Below, in pieces: positions 7,936 to 9,482 of a stretch of 9,482 nt of DNA (the first letter of the stretch is position 1; the number at the start of each line of letters is the position of its first letter). Location of the stretch: the NCBI GenBank assembly GCA_030141605.1, contig JAQGDQ010001493.1, positions 28,798-38,279 of the forward strand. Reading direction: 5' to 3'. The notes under the pieces are model-generated. The model did not search any database. It was not told where the DNA came from and saw only the letters and a program-made list of their open reading frames with translations. Both the position numbers and the translations under genes were made by a program. The stretch is from Tubiluchus corallicola (lineage: Eukaryota; Animalia; Priapulida).

Positions 7936-8134
7936 ACTGCCACCTGCTGGCAAAAAGCTACCAAACTTCAATGCAACTAAAGAAAATTGTGATAACAGCG
8001 TAAATATCCATTGATCAGTCTGTGGCTCCAAATCTAGTGCTTAGTAGATACACCATCTTGAGCTCCTTCATTGGGTAAAACTAATTACTTTAGATCGCAA
8101 GTGATGTTTAGCCCCGCCCACTTTGATGACGTAA
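7936..8134 (-). promoter_or_regulatory. Candidate promoter motif cluster: CRE-like, GC box, CCAAT, YY1-like, CTCF-like
   Basis: TGACGTAA 8127-8134; GGGCGGGG 8119-8112; CCAAT 8074-8070; CAAGATGGTG 8060-8051; TGCCAGCAGGTGGCAGT 7952-7936. Motif matches only. Confidence 0.35.
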
Positions 8135-8573
8135 AACACATTCTCGCAAACACTCGCTCGCTTCAACTCGCTACGGCATATAAACAAAAGTGAAAAACAT
8201 GGACAGCTCTTGTGTTGTCGGCTCCCAAGTGTTTAGTTTAACAATCAGTAGAAAGTTTTAAAAATAGCAGAAAAACAACAGATTGTAAACAATGCTTCTG
8301 TTACTATATTCATTGTTTATTTACTCCAGCAATAATATTTTTGAAATATTGGTAGCATTTGTTTCGATTGACTAGAACTATGAACTATGAATTTTATTTC
8401 ACACATCAAAATACCATATTGTACACATAAATAAACAATAAATAAAATGATTTGAGTAGTGTGAGGTGAGTGTACGACCATACGGTCATTAACACACTCA
8501 CCTTACTTAAATGAAAATGAAAAAAATATTAAAGTTATGCATGCTTTTGTAGATGACTCAATGAAATTGATGT

Positions 8574-8732
8574 AATAAAGTAAATGCTGTAATAATAGCA
8601 AGGAAACATAAGGAAAACATAATATGTAATTATGATTTTGATATATTGAAATAATTTTGAAATAAAGTAAATGATGTAATAATAGCAAGGAAACATAAGG
8701 AAAACATAATGTGTAATTACGATTTTGATATA
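8574..8732. repeat. Direct repeat, 2 x 72 bp (period 87), in the LINE 3' UTR
   Basis: 8574-8645 versus 8661-8732, with 3 mismatches. Confidence 0.92.
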
Positions 8733-8865
8733 GGCTGCGATGAATGAATAATTTCATTTACATTGATTTATACCTTTTACTAATAAAGTAACAAAGGTCG
8801 TAATGGTACCTACATTAGTGCAAAAAGACACACGTGCACAAAAAGAGAAAAAAAGCTCTGGTCTT

Positions 8866-9482
8866 CTACGCCAATGAATATTTACTAAGTAAAAATATCT
8901 TATGTTGTTTGGTAGCTATTTGTAAAGGAGAGGAAATGATTGTATTGGGTACACTATTCCACAAAATAACTCCACTGTGCTGTAAGGTATTTAAGCCATA
9001 CGCTGTGTTAAATCGTGTTTGAAAATAGTGTCCCATACTGGAAGACCTAGTATAGTGAGAGTGAACATCTTTGATTAAGGTAAAGTAGTTAGTATATAAT
9101 TCAGGCAACTGCCGGTTATTGTACTTATACATGAATTTAAATAATTCAAGATTATAAATATCTTCTATTTTCAATAAACTAAGGTGTATGTATGAAGATG
9201 TTGCATGGTCTCTGTAATTGGCGAAAGTCATGTATTTAACTATTTTATTCTGAACTGTTATTAGTGGTTGTAATAAGTATTTTTTTGTTTGCCAGCATGA
9301 CAACACACAGTATTGGAGGTACGGATAGACTAATGCATGGTAATTTAACAGGCAAATTAATAAAATGTCTTAACTTGGCTAAAAATACCAGCTGTTTTGT
9401 TTAGTTTTGTTGCTGTAGAGGAAATATGGGTAGACCACTTCATATTGTTGTCAATATGCAACCCAAAGTTATATACTAGACT
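8866..9482 (-). pseudogene. Disrupted LINE ORF2 (post-RT C-terminal region)
   Basis: The 146-aa ORF is the last uninterrupted piece. At least two frameshifts lie between about 9345 and 9390. Confidence 0.85.

Larger units (their letters stand above)
8372..9482 (-). mobile_element. Degenerate CR1-group LINE (L2/Crack-like): ORF2 C-terminus, 3' UTR and tail; continues beyond the window
   Basis: Frameshifted GLHIDNNMKWSTHI...KLNKTAGI / AKLRHFIN / LNYHALVYPYLQYCVLSCW...VQNKIVKYMTF...HSHYTR...SGVILWNSVP. 3' end is GAAATAAAAT(TCATAGT)2TCTAGT at 8400-8371. Confidence 0.88.

Overview
AT-rich metazoan genomic DNA, probably from an invertebrate (inferred; the species cannot be identified from the sequence). 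It is not prokaryotic. The main content is a spliced minus-strand gene for an ABHD11/YbfF-type alpha/beta-hydrolase. Five coding exons can be reconstructed with canonical GT-AG junctions: join complement(985..1132, 3199..3383, 4755..4925, 6341..6514, 6785..6926), giving 272 aa. The first exon is unresolved. Introns and flanks are packed with repeats: two non-autonomous hAT elements with perfect 8-bp TSDs, two degenerate LINE 3' ends with microsatellite tails, two diverged copies of an unclassified ~550-bp repeat, a tRNA-Ser-like relic and several mini/microsatellites. Most ORFs in the supplied track are artefacts of these repeats. I see no convincing novel multi-gene system. The most interesting open questions are the ABHD11 N- and C-termini (targeting), a duplicated in-frame splice donor and a possibly horizontally transferred Buster element.
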